Source: a virus. Taken from it: DNA of 64,000 bases. Shown here piece after piece: positions 38,471 to 49,700 of the stretch. The stretch is from positions 1 to 64,000 of IMG/VR virus record IMGVR_UViG_3300037108_000012. One strand, written 5' to 3'. The first letter of the stretch is position 1; each line of letters starts with the position of its first letter. The notes beneath the pieces are model-generated. The model had not been told where the DNA came from. It saw only the letters and a list, made by a program, of their open reading frames with translations, and did not search any database. The position numbers and the translations under genes were made by a program.

Positions 38471-39115
38471 ATGAAGCGTGACTACAAAATCGTAAAGAAG
38501 GACCGTGAAGGTCTTGATGCCGTCAGACGGCCTACAGCTATTGAAGTTGCGTGGGCCGCAGGTATCTACGAGGGCGAAGGAAGTTGCGTAACGAATCACA
38601 ACGGAAAAGGCAGTATGTCATTTTCTGTTACGGTTGCACAGAAAGACCCGGAATTGCTTTACCGAATGCGCGATTTATTCGGTGGAACAATAAGTCACTA
38701 CGAGAGAATTTTTAATAAGAAAGTCTGTCCGATTTTTCATTGGAAGATTTGCGGTGACAGAGCAAGAACCTTTATTGGTGTCATCTACCCATTTCTAACT
38801 GCGAGAAGGAAACAGCAAGTAGAAGCGACACCGGCAGGACATTTTATCGAACTTGCCCAAGATTTAATTCAATTTGATTTAACTCTTGGTAAGTCTCAAG
38901 TTTACGAAAGCCTTTGGAATAAGATTGACGAGTACGATGCACAACAACGTGTAAAAGCGCACGAACACAAAAATCAATACCAGAAAGAATACTGGGCTAA
39001 GCAATCTGCCGATCCAGAATACAGGGAACGGAAACGCCTCGCACAACAAGAACGCAGAAAAATCAAAAAGGAACAGTTACAAGCAGGAGTTATTAAGTTA
39101 GTAGCTGCTGCTTAA
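38471..39115 (+). CDS. Free-standing LAGLIDADG homing endonuclease
   Basis: AWAAGIYEGEGS...VAQKDPELL...IYPFL. Confidence 0.85.
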   Translation: MKRDYKIVKKDREGLDAVRRPTAIEVAWAAGIYEGEGSCVTNHNGKGSMSFSVTVAQKDPELLYRMRDLFGGTISHYERIFNKKVCPIFHWKICGDRARTFIGVIYPFLTARRKQQVEATPAGHFIELAQDLIQFDLTLGKSQVYESLWNKIDEYDAQQRVKAHEHKNQYQKEYWAKQSADPEYRERKRLAQQERRKIKKEQLQAGVIKLVAAA

Positions 39116-39132
39116 CTGAAAGGAACCCCATC

Positions 39133-40404
39133 ATGGCATTCACCCCGCAAGATCCACTGTTTAATGAGATCGATTCTACCAACCTGGAGAGCGTTCGGAA
39201 AGAATGTGTCTGGAATAATTTCTTTGTTGGAACTCCATTTCTCGAAGAGTTGCGCCGTTCCGGTGTAGCTGACCCGTATCTTGGTGGCGCAGGCATGACG
39301 GAAGTCTTCCTGTATGGTCGTCCACAGGGTGCTGGTGTTAACCCAGGCCAGACGATCACAGTGACTCGTCAGCAGATCACTGACAAGCTGAAGTTCTACG
39401 AGAAGGGATATGCTTCTTGGTTCCCGATGGATGATTGGGAAATGGACGATGGGTCCAAGCAGGGTGGTGTTATTAACTCTGGTCCTGCGCGGATTGCTGA
39501 TCTGTACGCTATCTTTATGGAAGCGTTGGTCATGCAGATCAACACCATGCTCGAAATGGATAGTTTCCGTCACGGACAGGTATCGTCTTCGACAGTTTCC
39601 GATAACCGTTATAAGGTAAGTAATGGTTTGGACGAAGCATTGAATAACGGTATTGATACGTCAGTGTATGGAAACCGTTATACGTCCTACGGCTCTCAGG
39701 CCCGCAACGGTGCGGTTGGTGCTTCGATCAACGTGACTCCGCTGTATCTTGGACAGCAGGTAACGACTGGTACGACGGCGGCTCCTGCAACGAGTGGACC
39801 AGGACAGATTAATTTTGGCGCATTGATGCAGCTTTGGTCTCAGTGCAAGATCACTGGTGGCAAGCCTAAGTTAGGAATCACAAACGTATTTGGATTCAAG
39901 GCAATTGCTGTGGCTTTGGATGCTTATCGAAGAGACATTTCCAATATCAAGCATGACATCACTTGGGATGCTCTGGACTTTAACGGTACGCAGATTTATT
40001 CCGATCCTCTTTCTCCATCTGCACAGGCACAGTATTACATTCCTCTCGCATCAGGTGGAGCGTCTGGCAACACGAGCTTGGTTGACGGCGTAGGATCGAA
40101 CACGGCAACGGTTGCTTACCAGACTCCTCAGTTCTTGAATGCGGCTGGTGGAAACTCTCTGTTGTCTCCAACGAACTCTGGATTGCCATCGAACGCGATC
40201 ATTCAGCCTTCAGAAGTTATTTACTTCTTGACTCCTGAGACGTTCAAGTTGCGGACGACTGACAAGCCCGGATGGAACTTTGGAGTGCGCAGAACTAGCC
40301 AATGGAATAACGTGAGCGTGGATACAATCTTCATGCGCTTGGCAACGAACCTATATTGCGCCCAGCCAAGGCAAAACGCACTAGGATTCGGATTCACCGC
40401 CTAA
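39133..40404 (+). CDS. Major capsid protein
   Basis: 423 aa after scaffold, strong codon bias, C-terminal LYCAQPRQNA; hairpin follows at ~40412-40443. Confidence 0.8.
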   Translation: MAFTPQDPLFNEIDSTNLESVRKECVWNNFFVGTPFLEELRRSGVADPYLGGAGMTEVFLYGRPQGAGVNPGQTITVTRQQITDKLKFYEKGYASWFPMDDWEMDDGSKQGGVINSGPARIADLYAIFMEALVMQINTMLEMDSFRHGQVSSSTVSDNRYKVSNGLDEALNNGIDTSVYGNRYTSYGSQARNGAVGASINVTPLYLGQQVTTGTTAAPATSGPGQINFGALMQLWSQCKITGGKPKLGITNVFGFKAIAVALDAYRRDISNIKHDITWDALDFNGTQIYSDPLSPSAQAQYYIPLASGGASGNTSLVDGVGSNTATVAYQTPQFLNAAGGNSLLSPTNSGLPSNAIIQPSEVIYFLTPETFKLRTTDKPGWNFGVRRTSQWNNVSVDTIFMRLATNLYCAQPRQNALGFGFTA

Positions 40405-40487
40405 GATTAACGCCTGACTGTTTGAGTAATTAGGCAGTCAGGCTGACAACAAGTTTGATTTCGAGAATGTAGTCAAGGAGATTTACG

Positions 40488-41333
40488 ATGCCACTTCAAC
40501 AAGCATTGCCAACATTTGGTCCTCTTAACAACGTGAATAGCGTGTCGCAGTCAGGCGTGAGCGATCCGATCACTGGCCTCCAGTATGCGGGTGGTGGATT
40601 GAATCTTGGTGACTACTTCGATCTGACAGAGCAGGAAGCTAATCAACTGTCCTATCCGACAAATGGACTGTTGCACGCTGGTCGGTATCGTTATGTGTAT
40701 GTAGCATCGAACGCTACCGCTGCTAACGTCAAGGCTGGTACGGTTGGCTATATTCAACCAGGTCAGTTTGTCCAGAACATTGTGCAGCTTGTAGCTGGTT
40801 CCGGTATGACAGTAGGAACCTCTGTTACAGGAACCACATCAGGCGGTGGTGCTACGACTCAGGCAACATACCAAGTTGTTGTGCTGACTGCAACGACTGT
40901 AGCAATCACATTGTTGACTCCGGGTGTTGGATTTACCTCACTCCCAACTGCAACGATTACTGGAACTGGCGGAACTCCTCCTACTCTTAATGTTCAGATG
41001 GGGTACGCAGTCAATCAAGTTACCAGCGCAGATATTGCGTCTTCAAATGGTGTGCTAGTTCGCCCTGTGGTGTTCTTGAACTCAATTACACCGGGCAACT
41101 ATGGATTTGTGCAGGAACTTGGAATTGCTACTGTGTTGGATGCTGCGACAGTACTTCAAACCGCAGGTACATTTGCTATCGCGGCTTCATCATCCCCAAT
41201 TGGATTGATGACAACTTCGAGCACTACTTTCACCCAATACGCAATTGGATACGTCCTTGACGGAGTGGCCGTTACAAATACGGCAATCACGCCATTCAAG
41301 GTTCTTCTTAACGGTCCAACGGTCCAAGACTAA
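40488..41333 (+). CDS. Capsid decoration/cement-like protein
   Basis: Follows MCP; GRYRYV...TPGNYGFVQELG. Confidence 0.65.
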   Translation: MPLQQALPTFGPLNNVNSVSQSGVSDPITGLQYAGGGLNLGDYFDLTEQEANQLSYPTNGLLHAGRYRYVYVASNATAANVKAGTVGYIQPGQFVQNIVQLVAGSGMTVGTSVTGTTSGGGATTQATYQVVVLTATTVAITLLTPGVGFTSLPTATITGTGGTPPTLNVQMGYAVNQVTSADIASSNGVLVRPVVFLNSITPGNYGFVQELGIATVLDAATVLQTAGTFAIAASSSPIGLMTTSSTTFTQYAIGYVLDGVAVTNTAITPFKVLLNGPTVQD

Positions 41334-41345
41334 TCATTAATGGAT

Positions 41346-41376
41346 GGGGCGGTGAAATACCGCCCCGCAAGTTTTG
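41346..41376 (+). terminator. Hairpin/terminator
   Basis: ggggcggt-gaaat-accgcccc followed by a short T run. Confidence 0.55.
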
Positions 41377-41391
41377 CAGTAAGGAGAAATC

Positions 41392-41946
41392 ATGCTGATA
41401 ACACTAATTCCTGGTTACCCAGATTTGATTGGTCGGAGATTCGCGTGGGTAGGGTACGGTAACGGACCTGCGTCTTATGTTTTAGGAGGCGATCCATCGC
41501 AACTCTCGCCTTCTCACACATACATTGATACGATTACGTCTGATGTGTTATCTCTTAGCGGAAACTACGCTGTTGTTCCTGCACAAAGTTCACCTGGAGT
41601 ACGACCAACTTGGAAACTTAAGTGGGTCTATGCGGGTAATCAACTTGGCGTGGATGGTGTTAGTTCTTCGGGCGGTTCTGGAATGACTGCTGGAACTTAT
41701 GCGCTCACGTTCTCTACTGGAAACGCGACAGGTACTATCACGGTTTCGACTTCTGCTGTGACTGCTATTAATATAACATCGTCTGGTTCAGGGTATTTGT
41801 CTGTTCCCACAGTGAGCGCTGCCACTGGTGGAACTCCTCCAACGCTTACCGCAACGATTGGCATAGTAAACGGTATTGAAGTTCCAGCAGGAACCAACCT
41901 ATCGGCTGAAACTATACAGCTTGCAGGTTTTGGTGGTGAATACTAA
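41392..41946 (+). CDS. Virion structural protein
   Basis: G/S/T-rich; GPASYVLGG...EVPAGTNLS. Confidence 0.7.
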   Translation: MLITLIPGYPDLIGRRFAWVGYGNGPASYVLGGDPSQLSPSHTYIDTITSDVLSLSGNYAVVPAQSSPGVRPTWKLKWVYAGNQLGVDGVSSSGGSGMTAGTYALTFSTGNATGTITVSTSAVTAINITSSGSGYLSVPTVSAATGGTPPTLTATIGIVNGIEVPAGTNLSAETIQLAGFGGEY

Positions 41947-42085
41947 GTTTTAACACAAGGTCTGATTCTATCCTCTCCCGGTGGACAGACACTTACGCCC
42001 TCTGTGGTCCCGGAAGGGTAATCGCAGGGGGCGTTTTCGGTAAGACAAGGATTTTGAGAAGTACCAAACGAAAAGGAGAAACACA

Positions 42086-42256
42086 ATGCCCACGAAATCT
42101 AAGATTCACAAGACACCATCGCCAAGCCACGCAAAGCACACAGTGAAGGCCAACCACCATATCAAAGGTCATTCGACGATCCATGTTCACAAAGGAACAG
42201 GAAAAGTGAAGGTTGGTGGCAAGAAGGCTACGAGTAAGAATACGGTACTCAAGTAA
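42086..42256 (+). CDS. Small basic Lys/His-rich protein (56 aa)
   Basis: Manual translation MPTKSKIHKTPSPSHAKH...KVGGKKATSKNTVLK; AAGGAG RBS. Confidence 0.7.
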   Translation: MPTKSKIHKTPSPSHAKHTVKANHHIKGHSTIHVHKGTGKVKVGGKKATSKNTVLK

Positions 42257-42265
42257 CTAGGAGCA

Positions 42266-42448
42266 ATGATGGCGACCAAGAGCACCTACAACACGTATGG
42301 CGGAGGTTCTGCTGCGAAAATTACGACGACAAATTATGTCGTTGGCGGAACCAAAGCATCAGGCGAAATTGATCTCGCTAGGAAGACTAACGAGGAGTTC
42401 CCGAAGTATTACAGACAGGGAGTTCCAGCCAACGAAAAAGAAGATTAG
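42266..42448 (+). CDS. Small hypothetical protein
   Basis: 60-aa ORF, AGGAG RBS. Confidence 0.6.
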   Translation: MMATKSTYNTYGGGSAAKITTTNYVVGGTKASGEIDLARKTNEEFPKYYRQGVPANEKED

Positions 42449-42461
42449 GACGGAGGAAAAC

Positions 42462-42710
42462 ATGGCAACCAAAAAGAAAGCAACAAAGAGTAAGGCATGG
42501 ATGGATGATGGGGATGACGCGCATTTTCCTGATAATCCAGCGGTAGCTCATAAGGTTCACAACCGCAAGAAGAATGGGAAGAAACACGCCACGGTCAAGG
42601 GTGGTACAGAGGGTAGCAAGAAGATTGTTGGCGGATTGGCAAAGGTTGTGATTGCAGCGAAGAAACCAGCGAACCACAAGAAGACGCATAAACGCGTTGC
42701 AGGCAAGTAG
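42462..42710 (+). CDS. Small basic Lys-rich protein ending KRVAGK
   Basis: ATG at 42462 after GGAGG. Confidence 0.7.
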   Translation: MATKKKATKSKAWMDDGDDAHFPDNPAVAHKVHNRKKNGKKHATVKGGTEGSKKIVGGLAKVVIAAKKPANHKKTHKRVAGK

Positions 42711-42723
42711 GGAGCAATGAGAC

Positions 42724-43194
42724 GTGGAGTTTGAGCATATTACACCTGCTGAATGGGCTTACTTCGCTGGCATTATAGATGGCGAGGGATGTATAAATAT
42801 CCACGCCCAAAAATCAAGAAAAGGAGAAAAAGTATTTGTATATTACACCCTTTTCTTGGTTGTGGGTAACACATCATACTCAATGCTTAAATGGTTGCAT
42901 GATAGATTTGGAGGAAGTTTCGTCCCAAGAGGAAATACTGTAACTCAAAAACAGATATGGCATTGGGGTGTGGCGTCTCAACAAGCAGAGAATCTGCTCA
43001 GGAATATATTGCCATATCTTGTTGCTAAAGTGGATCAAGCTGAATTGGCTCTTCAATTCCGCGACTCCTACAAAGGTCTAAAACCATGTGGGAGGAGACC
43101 ACTTCCGATAGAAATATCTGAATTTCGAGGAAAATGCAAAATTGAATTAAGCAGAATAAAGAATCCAAACGAATCGAAGGAGGATGTAGCGTGA
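42724..43194 (+). CDS. Free-standing LAGLIDADG homing endonuclease
   Basis: WAYFAGIIDGEGCI...ILPYLVAK. Confidence 0.88.
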   Translation: MEFEHITPAEWAYFAGIIDGEGCINIHAQKSRKGEKVFVYYTLFLVVGNTSYSMLKWLHDRFGGSFVPRGNTVTQKQIWHWGVASQQAENLLRNILPYLVAKVDQAELALQFRDSYKGLKPCGRRPLPIEISEFRGKCKIELSRIKNPNESKEDVA

Positions 43195-44429
43195 GCTTCC
43201 AGACGATGATCCAAGATGTATTAGGAACATTCTCAGGCATGAACCGTGGGCTTGCCGCTACGCGGATCAATGAAGCGTACACGAAGATACAGATGGAGAA
43301 CGTCTGGTCGTTCCAAAACATCACAGGGGGTTGGTTAACGCCTTCGCTTCTTGGTGGACTAAACGCCGGAACGAATTTCTTGAGTCCGGGAACAATTACA
43401 GTAACCCCATTCACGAACACTATTACAGGTGATGCAGTAGCGACGGCGGCATGGACGCAAACTGTTCCTTTCCCTCCGCTGTTGACGCAGATGCAGATTC
43501 GTGTTCCTTCGTACTCGCTTTACAATATCATCGAGCTAGGAAACAACGGGACAGTGGCCTATGCGACAGTGTTGACTCCCGGTTCTGGACAGAACCCCGG
43601 TACATATACTGTGCCAGTCCTTGACCCTTCTGTGGGAACGGGAGGAACAGTTTTAATTACAGTCAATGCGAATGGGACTATAACTATTCCCCCTATTACC
43701 TTGACCGCAGGAACTGGTTATACAACTCCGTACATCACATTCTCTCAGGGTGGAACGCCTGCGACATTCTCTATCTCTTTGATTGCGACTTTAACGATTG
43801 ACAGATTGTGGACAGAACCTCCTCAGTGGAACGGACAATATTGCGTGTACCAGGCTTATTATCCTTGTCCTGTTGGATTCCGTAAATGGATGGATATTCG
43901 CGATACGCAAAATAATGAGCAGATGGACTGGTGGAGTTGGACGCAGATCGACCTCTCCGTAGAAGACGCCCAGCGCGAAATATTCGATCAGCCAACTGCC
44001 GTAGTTCCGTATGGAACTGATACGAGGCCAGGAAGCGCAACATATGGTCAGCTTTTGGTGGAATTATGGCCGCACCCAATTTCGATTTTAAGCTACACAT
44101 TCCAATGCCAATGCAACTTACCACCGCTAGTAAATCCGAACGACACGATTGCTTATCCTTTAAGTGAAGAATTGGTAAGACAAAGGACTTACGAAATGTG
44201 CTGTCTTTGGAAGGAAGGTTCCAAAGGCGACGATATGGAACGCGGGTCTGGCGCAAACTGGCAGTTTTTGGCAAAGGCCTATCACGAAGAGTATAAGGAT
44301 TTGTTGAGACAAGCACGTATCGCGGATAGAAATTTGATGGAACTTTACTTCACCAAGGCCCGCATGAACGCTCCGTGTGACGGGCAACCAGATTCATACA
44401 CAGGGAACCAAGCCAACGTAGGTTGGTAG
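43191..44429 (+). CDS. Head-tail adaptor-like structural protein
   Basis: RINEAY...WSF N-terminus, ELWPHP motif; position in structural operon. Confidence 0.6.
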   Translation: MSFQTMIQDVLGTFSGMNRGLAATRINEAYTKIQMENVWSFQNITGGWLTPSLLGGLNAGTNFLSPGTITVTPFTNTITGDAVATAAWTQTVPFPPLLTQMQIRVPSYSLYNIIELGNNGTVAYATVLTPGSGQNPGTYTVPVLDPSVGTGGTVLITVNANGTITIPPITLTAGTGYTTPYITFSQGGTPATFSISLIATLTIDRLWTEPPQWNGQYCVYQAYYPCPVGFRKWMDIRDTQNNEQMDWWSWTQIDLSVEDAQREIFDQPTAVVPYGTDTRPGSATYGQLLVELWPHPISILSYTFQCQCNLPPLVNPNDTIAYPLSEELVRQRTYEMCCLWKEGSKGDDMERGSGANWQFLAKAYHEEYKDLLRQARIADRNLMELYFTKARMNAPCDGQPDSYTGNQANVGW

Positions 44430-44440
44430 GAGGAAACAAA

Positions 44441-44827
44441 ATGGCACAATATTCAGGTCCAGGAACAGCGACGTTAATACGCCAAGGAGAACAGAAATAC
44501 TTATTCCTCAACGATACTGTATTTGTTGGGGAGTCTAGTTTGGCCTATATGATTGAGCGTAATCCGGGAATTTTCTATCCGTGGGGAATGTCGTTTGATA
44601 TGGCGTTTAGCGGAGCACCAGGGACGTTTGAGATTGATATTCAAACTGCGGATATAGACCAAGATTCTCACTATGTGACGCTCAACAGTTTGACGACGGG
44701 GAGTTTGAATACTTCGAATGTTGGAAGGGTTGAGTTGCCTAATTTCTGGGCGAAGTATGTTCGTGTAAAGGTAGTATCCTTTGCGAATTATGCAACGGTA
44801 AATTTGACAGTTTTGTTGACGAGGTAG
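44441..44827 (+). CDS. Structural protein (beta-rich)
   Basis: IDIQTAD...AKYVRV pattern; GGAGG RBS. Confidence 0.65.
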   Translation: MAQYSGPGTATLIRQGEQKYLFLNDTVFVGESSLAYMIERNPGIFYPWGMSFDMAFSGAPGTFEIDIQTADIDQDSHYVTLNSLTTGSLNTSNVGRVELPNFWAKYVRVKVVSFANYATVNLTVLLTR

Positions 44828-44831
44828 GACA

Positions 44832-46748
44832 ATGAAAAGGATTTTTGTTTTTCTTTCGACGATACTAATGTTTGGTGCTGCGTCTTTGGCATTAAACGGG
44901 CAGACTGTTGTCGGAAACTTTATAGCGACTTCTTTTTCATCTGGGAGTGTTCTTCCATCTACATGTTACGGAAGTTCTGTGTTTACGCTGACTACGACAT
45001 GGCTCCCGTATTATTGCAATGGTGGAGTTTATGTAGCGTTTGGGACTGGAGCACCAGCAACTACTGCTGCAAATTTAACTAATGGTTCTGTAGGAGCACA
45101 GCCCTATCAGACCGCAGCCAGCACAACAGCATTTGTCTATCCAGCTACCGATCTTCAGATGCTTACGCTGGACTTGAACCGCACAGATAGTTATACGGAA
45201 GATGGTACGATTGAGCGCCCATACAAAAACCTTCCTACTTTGGTTATACCAAGTACAGGGTTAGCTTCGATCTTTGCGAGTCCTAATGCCTCTTATTCCA
45301 CGTCAACAGCGACAACTCTTCCTGCTATCCCGCTCACGATTTACGGTAATAACTCTACGTGGACTTTCTCTGGTGGGCTGACAGTCAACTCTCTTCCGAC
45401 TACGATCTACGACCTTAATACTGTGGGAAATACGACTTACTCAACCTGCGGAAGCACAATTCGTAGCGAGCGACATGGGGGTAGTTATAGCGGTGGAAAC
45501 ATAACCCTAGGCGCGGGCTGCTACACGCATTTCTACGGCGTGAATCTGAGCGGGAACAGCTACAACCTTACAGCAAACGGGCTGCTTTACGGCGAAGCAC
45601 TAACCGGCAGTATGGGAATTAAGTCTGAAGGGTCAAGCGCAGTCCTTGCGCTTTATAACCCAAACATAACGAAGACAAGCGGCTACAACATTGACATGAC
45701 TTCAGGGGGGCAGCTACTTTTTAACGGTGGGATTCTGAATACAGTAGCGGGAACCGCAAACGTCTACCTACCAGTCGCCAATACCTCATCTACGGCACAC
45801 TTGATTTCAGGTTTGATTACCGGAACGGGAAATGGCGTAAACTGCGTCAACGGTACAACTACCTACGTTGTTTACGGGTTCAATCTCGCGCCGATTACGA
45901 ACTGCACTTTAGTTCCCGGCTATCAGGGATCGACTAATTTTCTTGGGCCAGTTACTGCAAACTCGGTTACGTCCTCTACGGCAACGCAACTCACTGTTCA
46001 GTCCGGGACGACCGGCGCGGCAACCTTCGATAGTGGCACAACTGGTGCGGTCAACATAGCAACAGGAGCAGGCTCAAAAGTCGCCACGCTTGGGAACTCG
46101 TCTAATAGCTCCACTCAGATTTTAGGGTCGTATGTGTACATAGGAAGTGGTCAGACGTCTGGTTCGATAAACATTGGAGGGAGCGCGGCTGCGACCGGAG
46201 GAGTTAACATTGCTCCTGGAACGGGGGCGCAAACTGTTTCTATCGCAACCACAGCGACAGGCGTAAAAACCGTAAATGTCGGCAATACGGTAAGTGGCTC
46301 AAAGGTCAACATAGCCGGTGAAATCGATGGTGTAGCGGCGGGAGCGGGGTACGTCGGGGAAGTTTTGTCATCCTGCATCGTGCGTGGCAGTGGCACGGCG
46401 CTGACTTCGGCATCCACCATCAACTTTCTTACGCTATCGTTAACGGCTGGCGATTGGGACGTGATGGGAAACGTGAATCTTGTTGGGGCGGCATTAACAG
46501 CATCCAATGGAAACTTTGCTAACAGCATCACCACTACGAGCGCAACAGTTAGCTCAGATGGTTCTGAGGTTCTTGCACCCACTTTGACCATGACGACGTG
46601 GACGGGATACAACTCAGTTGTGCTCCCCCGCAAGGTGGTCAACGTCTCGGCAACGACTTCCACTTATTTGGTAGTCAACTTTCAAGGCACCATCACATCT
46701 GGCACAGGCACGTTGTGGGGCTGCATGACGGCGCGTAGAGTTCACTAA
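44832..46748 (+). CDS. Fibre/spike-like beta-helix protein with Sec signal peptide
   Basis: MKRIFVFLSTILMFGAASLALNG|Q; DGTIERPYK; AAGAGYVGE; SLTAGDWDV. Confidence 0.75.
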   Translation: MKRIFVFLSTILMFGAASLALNGQTVVGNFIATSFSSGSVLPSTCYGSSVFTLTTTWLPYYCNGGVYVAFGTGAPATTAANLTNGSVGAQPYQTAASTTAFVYPATDLQMLTLDLNRTDSYTEDGTIERPYKNLPTLVIPSTGLASIFASPNASYSTSTATTLPAIPLTIYGNNSTWTFSGGLTVNSLPTTIYDLNTVGNTTYSTCGSTIRSERHGGSYSGGNITLGAGCYTHFYGVNLSGNSYNLTANGLLYGEALTGSMGIKSEGSSAVLALYNPNITKTSGYNIDMTSGGQLLFNGGILNTVAGTANVYLPVANTSSTAHLISGLITGTGNGVNCVNGTTTYVVYGFNLAPITNCTLVPGYQGSTNFLGPVTANSVTSSTATQLTVQSGTTGAATFDSGTTGAVNIATGAGSKVATLGNSSNSSTQILGSYVYIGSGQTSGSINIGGSAAATGGVNIAPGTGAQTVSIATTATGVKTVNVGNTVSGSKVNIAGEIDGVAAGAGYVGEVLSSCIVRGSGTALTSASTINFLTLSLTAGDWDVMGNVNLVGAALTASNGNFANSITTTSATVSSDGSEVLAPTLTMTTWTGYNSVVLPRKVVNVSATTSTYLVVNFQGTITSGTGTLWGCMTARRVH

Positions 46749-46767
46749 GGACATAGGAGAGAACAGA

Positions 46768-49700
46768 ATGAAAAAGATTATCGCGCTAGGATTTTTATTT
46801 GTCGCGTCTTTGGCTTATAGCCAGACAGCGGTTCTACCTGTCTACGATTGCGTCCAGAATGGGGTTCAAGCAGTTACTAGCGGGTTGAAGTCTAGCAACT
46901 ACCAGCTTGGAGTAGTGCCATATTGCCAGGTTACCGTGTTTCTAACAGGAACGACCACGATAGCAACGACGAATCCTCAAACTCCATTACAAGCAAAATC
47001 TGATGGTTCTATTCCTCCGATCTATGCAACTACGGGAGTTGGATATGATGTAAAGTTTAGTGGAGGAATATATCCAAATGTTTATACGACGCCTGTCACG
47101 TTGACAGATGTACAGGTTGGGGGAAGTGGTCTTACTGCCCCAGTGCTCATTTCCCAAGGCGGCACGGGTCAGACCACGCTGCCAGCGGCGCAAGCGGCTC
47201 TCGGCATCATTGGGCCGACTTACAATGTGATGGACCCGAAATACGGAGCGTGCGGCAACTGGAATGGCTCGACCGGCTGCGATGATACCGCAGCAATCCA
47301 AGCGGCTTTTAATGATTGCTATAATAATGCAAACTCTCCACAAGGCGGCATAGTCGAGTTCCCTGGCCAGCATAATTACAAAATAACTTCGACCATCAAT
47401 GGACTAGACGGATGCCGCATTGAAGGGACCATTGGCAATATAAACGGCGGTTATGGTCCTCCTGAAATCGTTGAAGTGTTTCCATCGCAAGGTGTGACTG
47501 CCACGGTTACTGGTTTTACCGTCACCCGAAACTGCACCACGGGCGGCTCCGGTTGCACATACACGGCAGCTTTCCCGTCTGATCGGGGAGGCATTGGAGT
47601 TCAGAACAGACTCGCTCCGTATGTGGTTTCTTTCACCGGAACAAACTCATACACGGCAAATCAGTGGGTGGAAATAAGTGGTTGCTCGACAGCGGGAGGA
47701 CTCGGCCTGAATAGATCGGTGTTGCAAGTCGCCTCCTCTACGGGTACGGGTTTTGTGGCAGTCGCTCCCGAATCTGGAATATCGCTTGGAACTTTCGCTG
47801 ATAACTGCACAGTCACTTCGCGCAACGTGGTGCTTGCATTTGACGGGAGTGCCCGGTATGAGCAAGAAGTAAAAGACATTGAAGTCGCAACCTACGATGC
47901 GAATACCATTGGAATCCTCTTTGGTAGCCGCGTTGATACAGGGACACGAGTTTATAACACATGGGTTGCCGGAACATCGGAATACAGTTATTATTTCGCA
48001 CAGGGAGGAATCAACGTAGATTTTGACAAAGGGTGGCGTGCGGATAGAGCGCAACAAGGAGGGATTTACTGGCGTATTGGTGGCGGCGACGATTTATCTC
48101 TGCTCAATGGAACGGAGGATAATACAAGTACAGCATCCGCATCGGGGCCAATGATTGTTTTGGACGGGGAAGCCAGTTGTGGACTTATGCTTTTGCATGT
48201 GGAAAACGTCAAAATGGAGATCAATACCTCAATTCAACCAGGCGAGGGTGTTGTTACCATGTATGATTGCCCTCTTGGTGCTAATTATCCGCAATTTCGC
48301 ATCAGTTTTGATGAGGTGTTTCTTGCTCCATCCACAACGTCCACGGCAGGTTTTAACTTCACAACTCTGTCGATGATTCCTGCCAGTGGGAATAGTCTGA
48401 AGTTTACTGCTATAAATACCGATTTGCAGTCTGGTACGGGGGCCAACACGACACAGCCGTTCATCGGAATTCCGGAATTAACAGCGCACTCAATTGCAGG
48501 GAGTCATGGAAACACCCCTCTGCTGGCATACGGGAACTCGAATATATCGAGTGGTCAGTCCGTAATGGACGCTGCACCAAACGAATTATTCGGTGACACG
48601 AACATAGATCAGTTATGGCAATATGGCATCAATGCCTCTGATTTTCTGTACACTGACACAGCATTTACAGCATTGGCAACAGGCACCACTTTGTATAAGG
48701 GGCAGATTATTGCACCACCCACATACTGGGATGTGGCGTCTCCTACGCGCTATGCGTTACAAGTGGTTAAAGCCACAGGTACGACAGGCACCCCAAACAG
48801 CGGGTCTACAACCTGCTCCGCTCCAGGGTCAACAAATGTGCTGACATGCACAAGCGCTACAGACCTTACAGTGGGGCAGGTGCTTTCAGCCGGGACCTGC
48901 GGGAGCAGAACGATTAACCTGATAGATGCAACCAATCCAAGCTCGGTGAATATCTATGGTGCAGGCAACTGGAATGCCTGCACTGGGCAAACCCTTGGAT
49001 TTTTAGCGCCTACATTGGGTCCAGAGATACAACTGCTCACCAAGAGGTCAGCAGCGCCTACGACCGGCACATGGGTGGCAGGGGATGAGGTGCAGAACGA
49101 CGGCAGTATCACAAACGTATCTACGACGAGTGGCTGGCAATGCACGGTCAGTGGAACCCCTGGCACATGGATTGCGCAAGCGGCGGGTGGCGTGTCCTCA
49201 ATTACAGCCGCAGATGGCACGATGACCGTCACGCCTACGACGGGACCGGCCACTGTAGCTGTAAACCTGGCGGGCGCATTTACGTGGACTGGCAGTCAGG
49301 TATTGGGTAACACGAGCAGCCTGCTCATTGGTTCAGGCGCATCAGTCATCTCTAATGCTAATTTTGTGCTTCGTCCCTACACCCCAGCAATCAGCGGCAC
49401 AAACGTTAACGGGCCGAACTTGTCTTTTATCGCAGCCGGATACCCGACAGGCGGACCGAGTGCTTTTGCATCGATCAACTGCTCCGCAGTGATAACAAAC
49501 ACGGTGCAGACCCCAATTACCACGCTAAAATGTACAGGAACCAATAGCGGGAGTTTGGCTTCAACATTCGGCGCTGACTTTAGTTTATTGACAGCGGGAT
49601 TCGTTGTACCAAGCACGTTCTCTATGAGCGGGTGCGGTGCTAGCCAGTACGTGAAGGGGGATGGGACAGGATGCGGAACACCTAGTGGGGCCGGTACTGT

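Noticed and set aside
38471-39115. Group I intron around the LAGLIDADG genes (also 42724-43194)
   Set aside because: Flanking intergenic gaps are too short for an intron core and the neighbouring genes look complete, so these are treated as free-standing endonucleases
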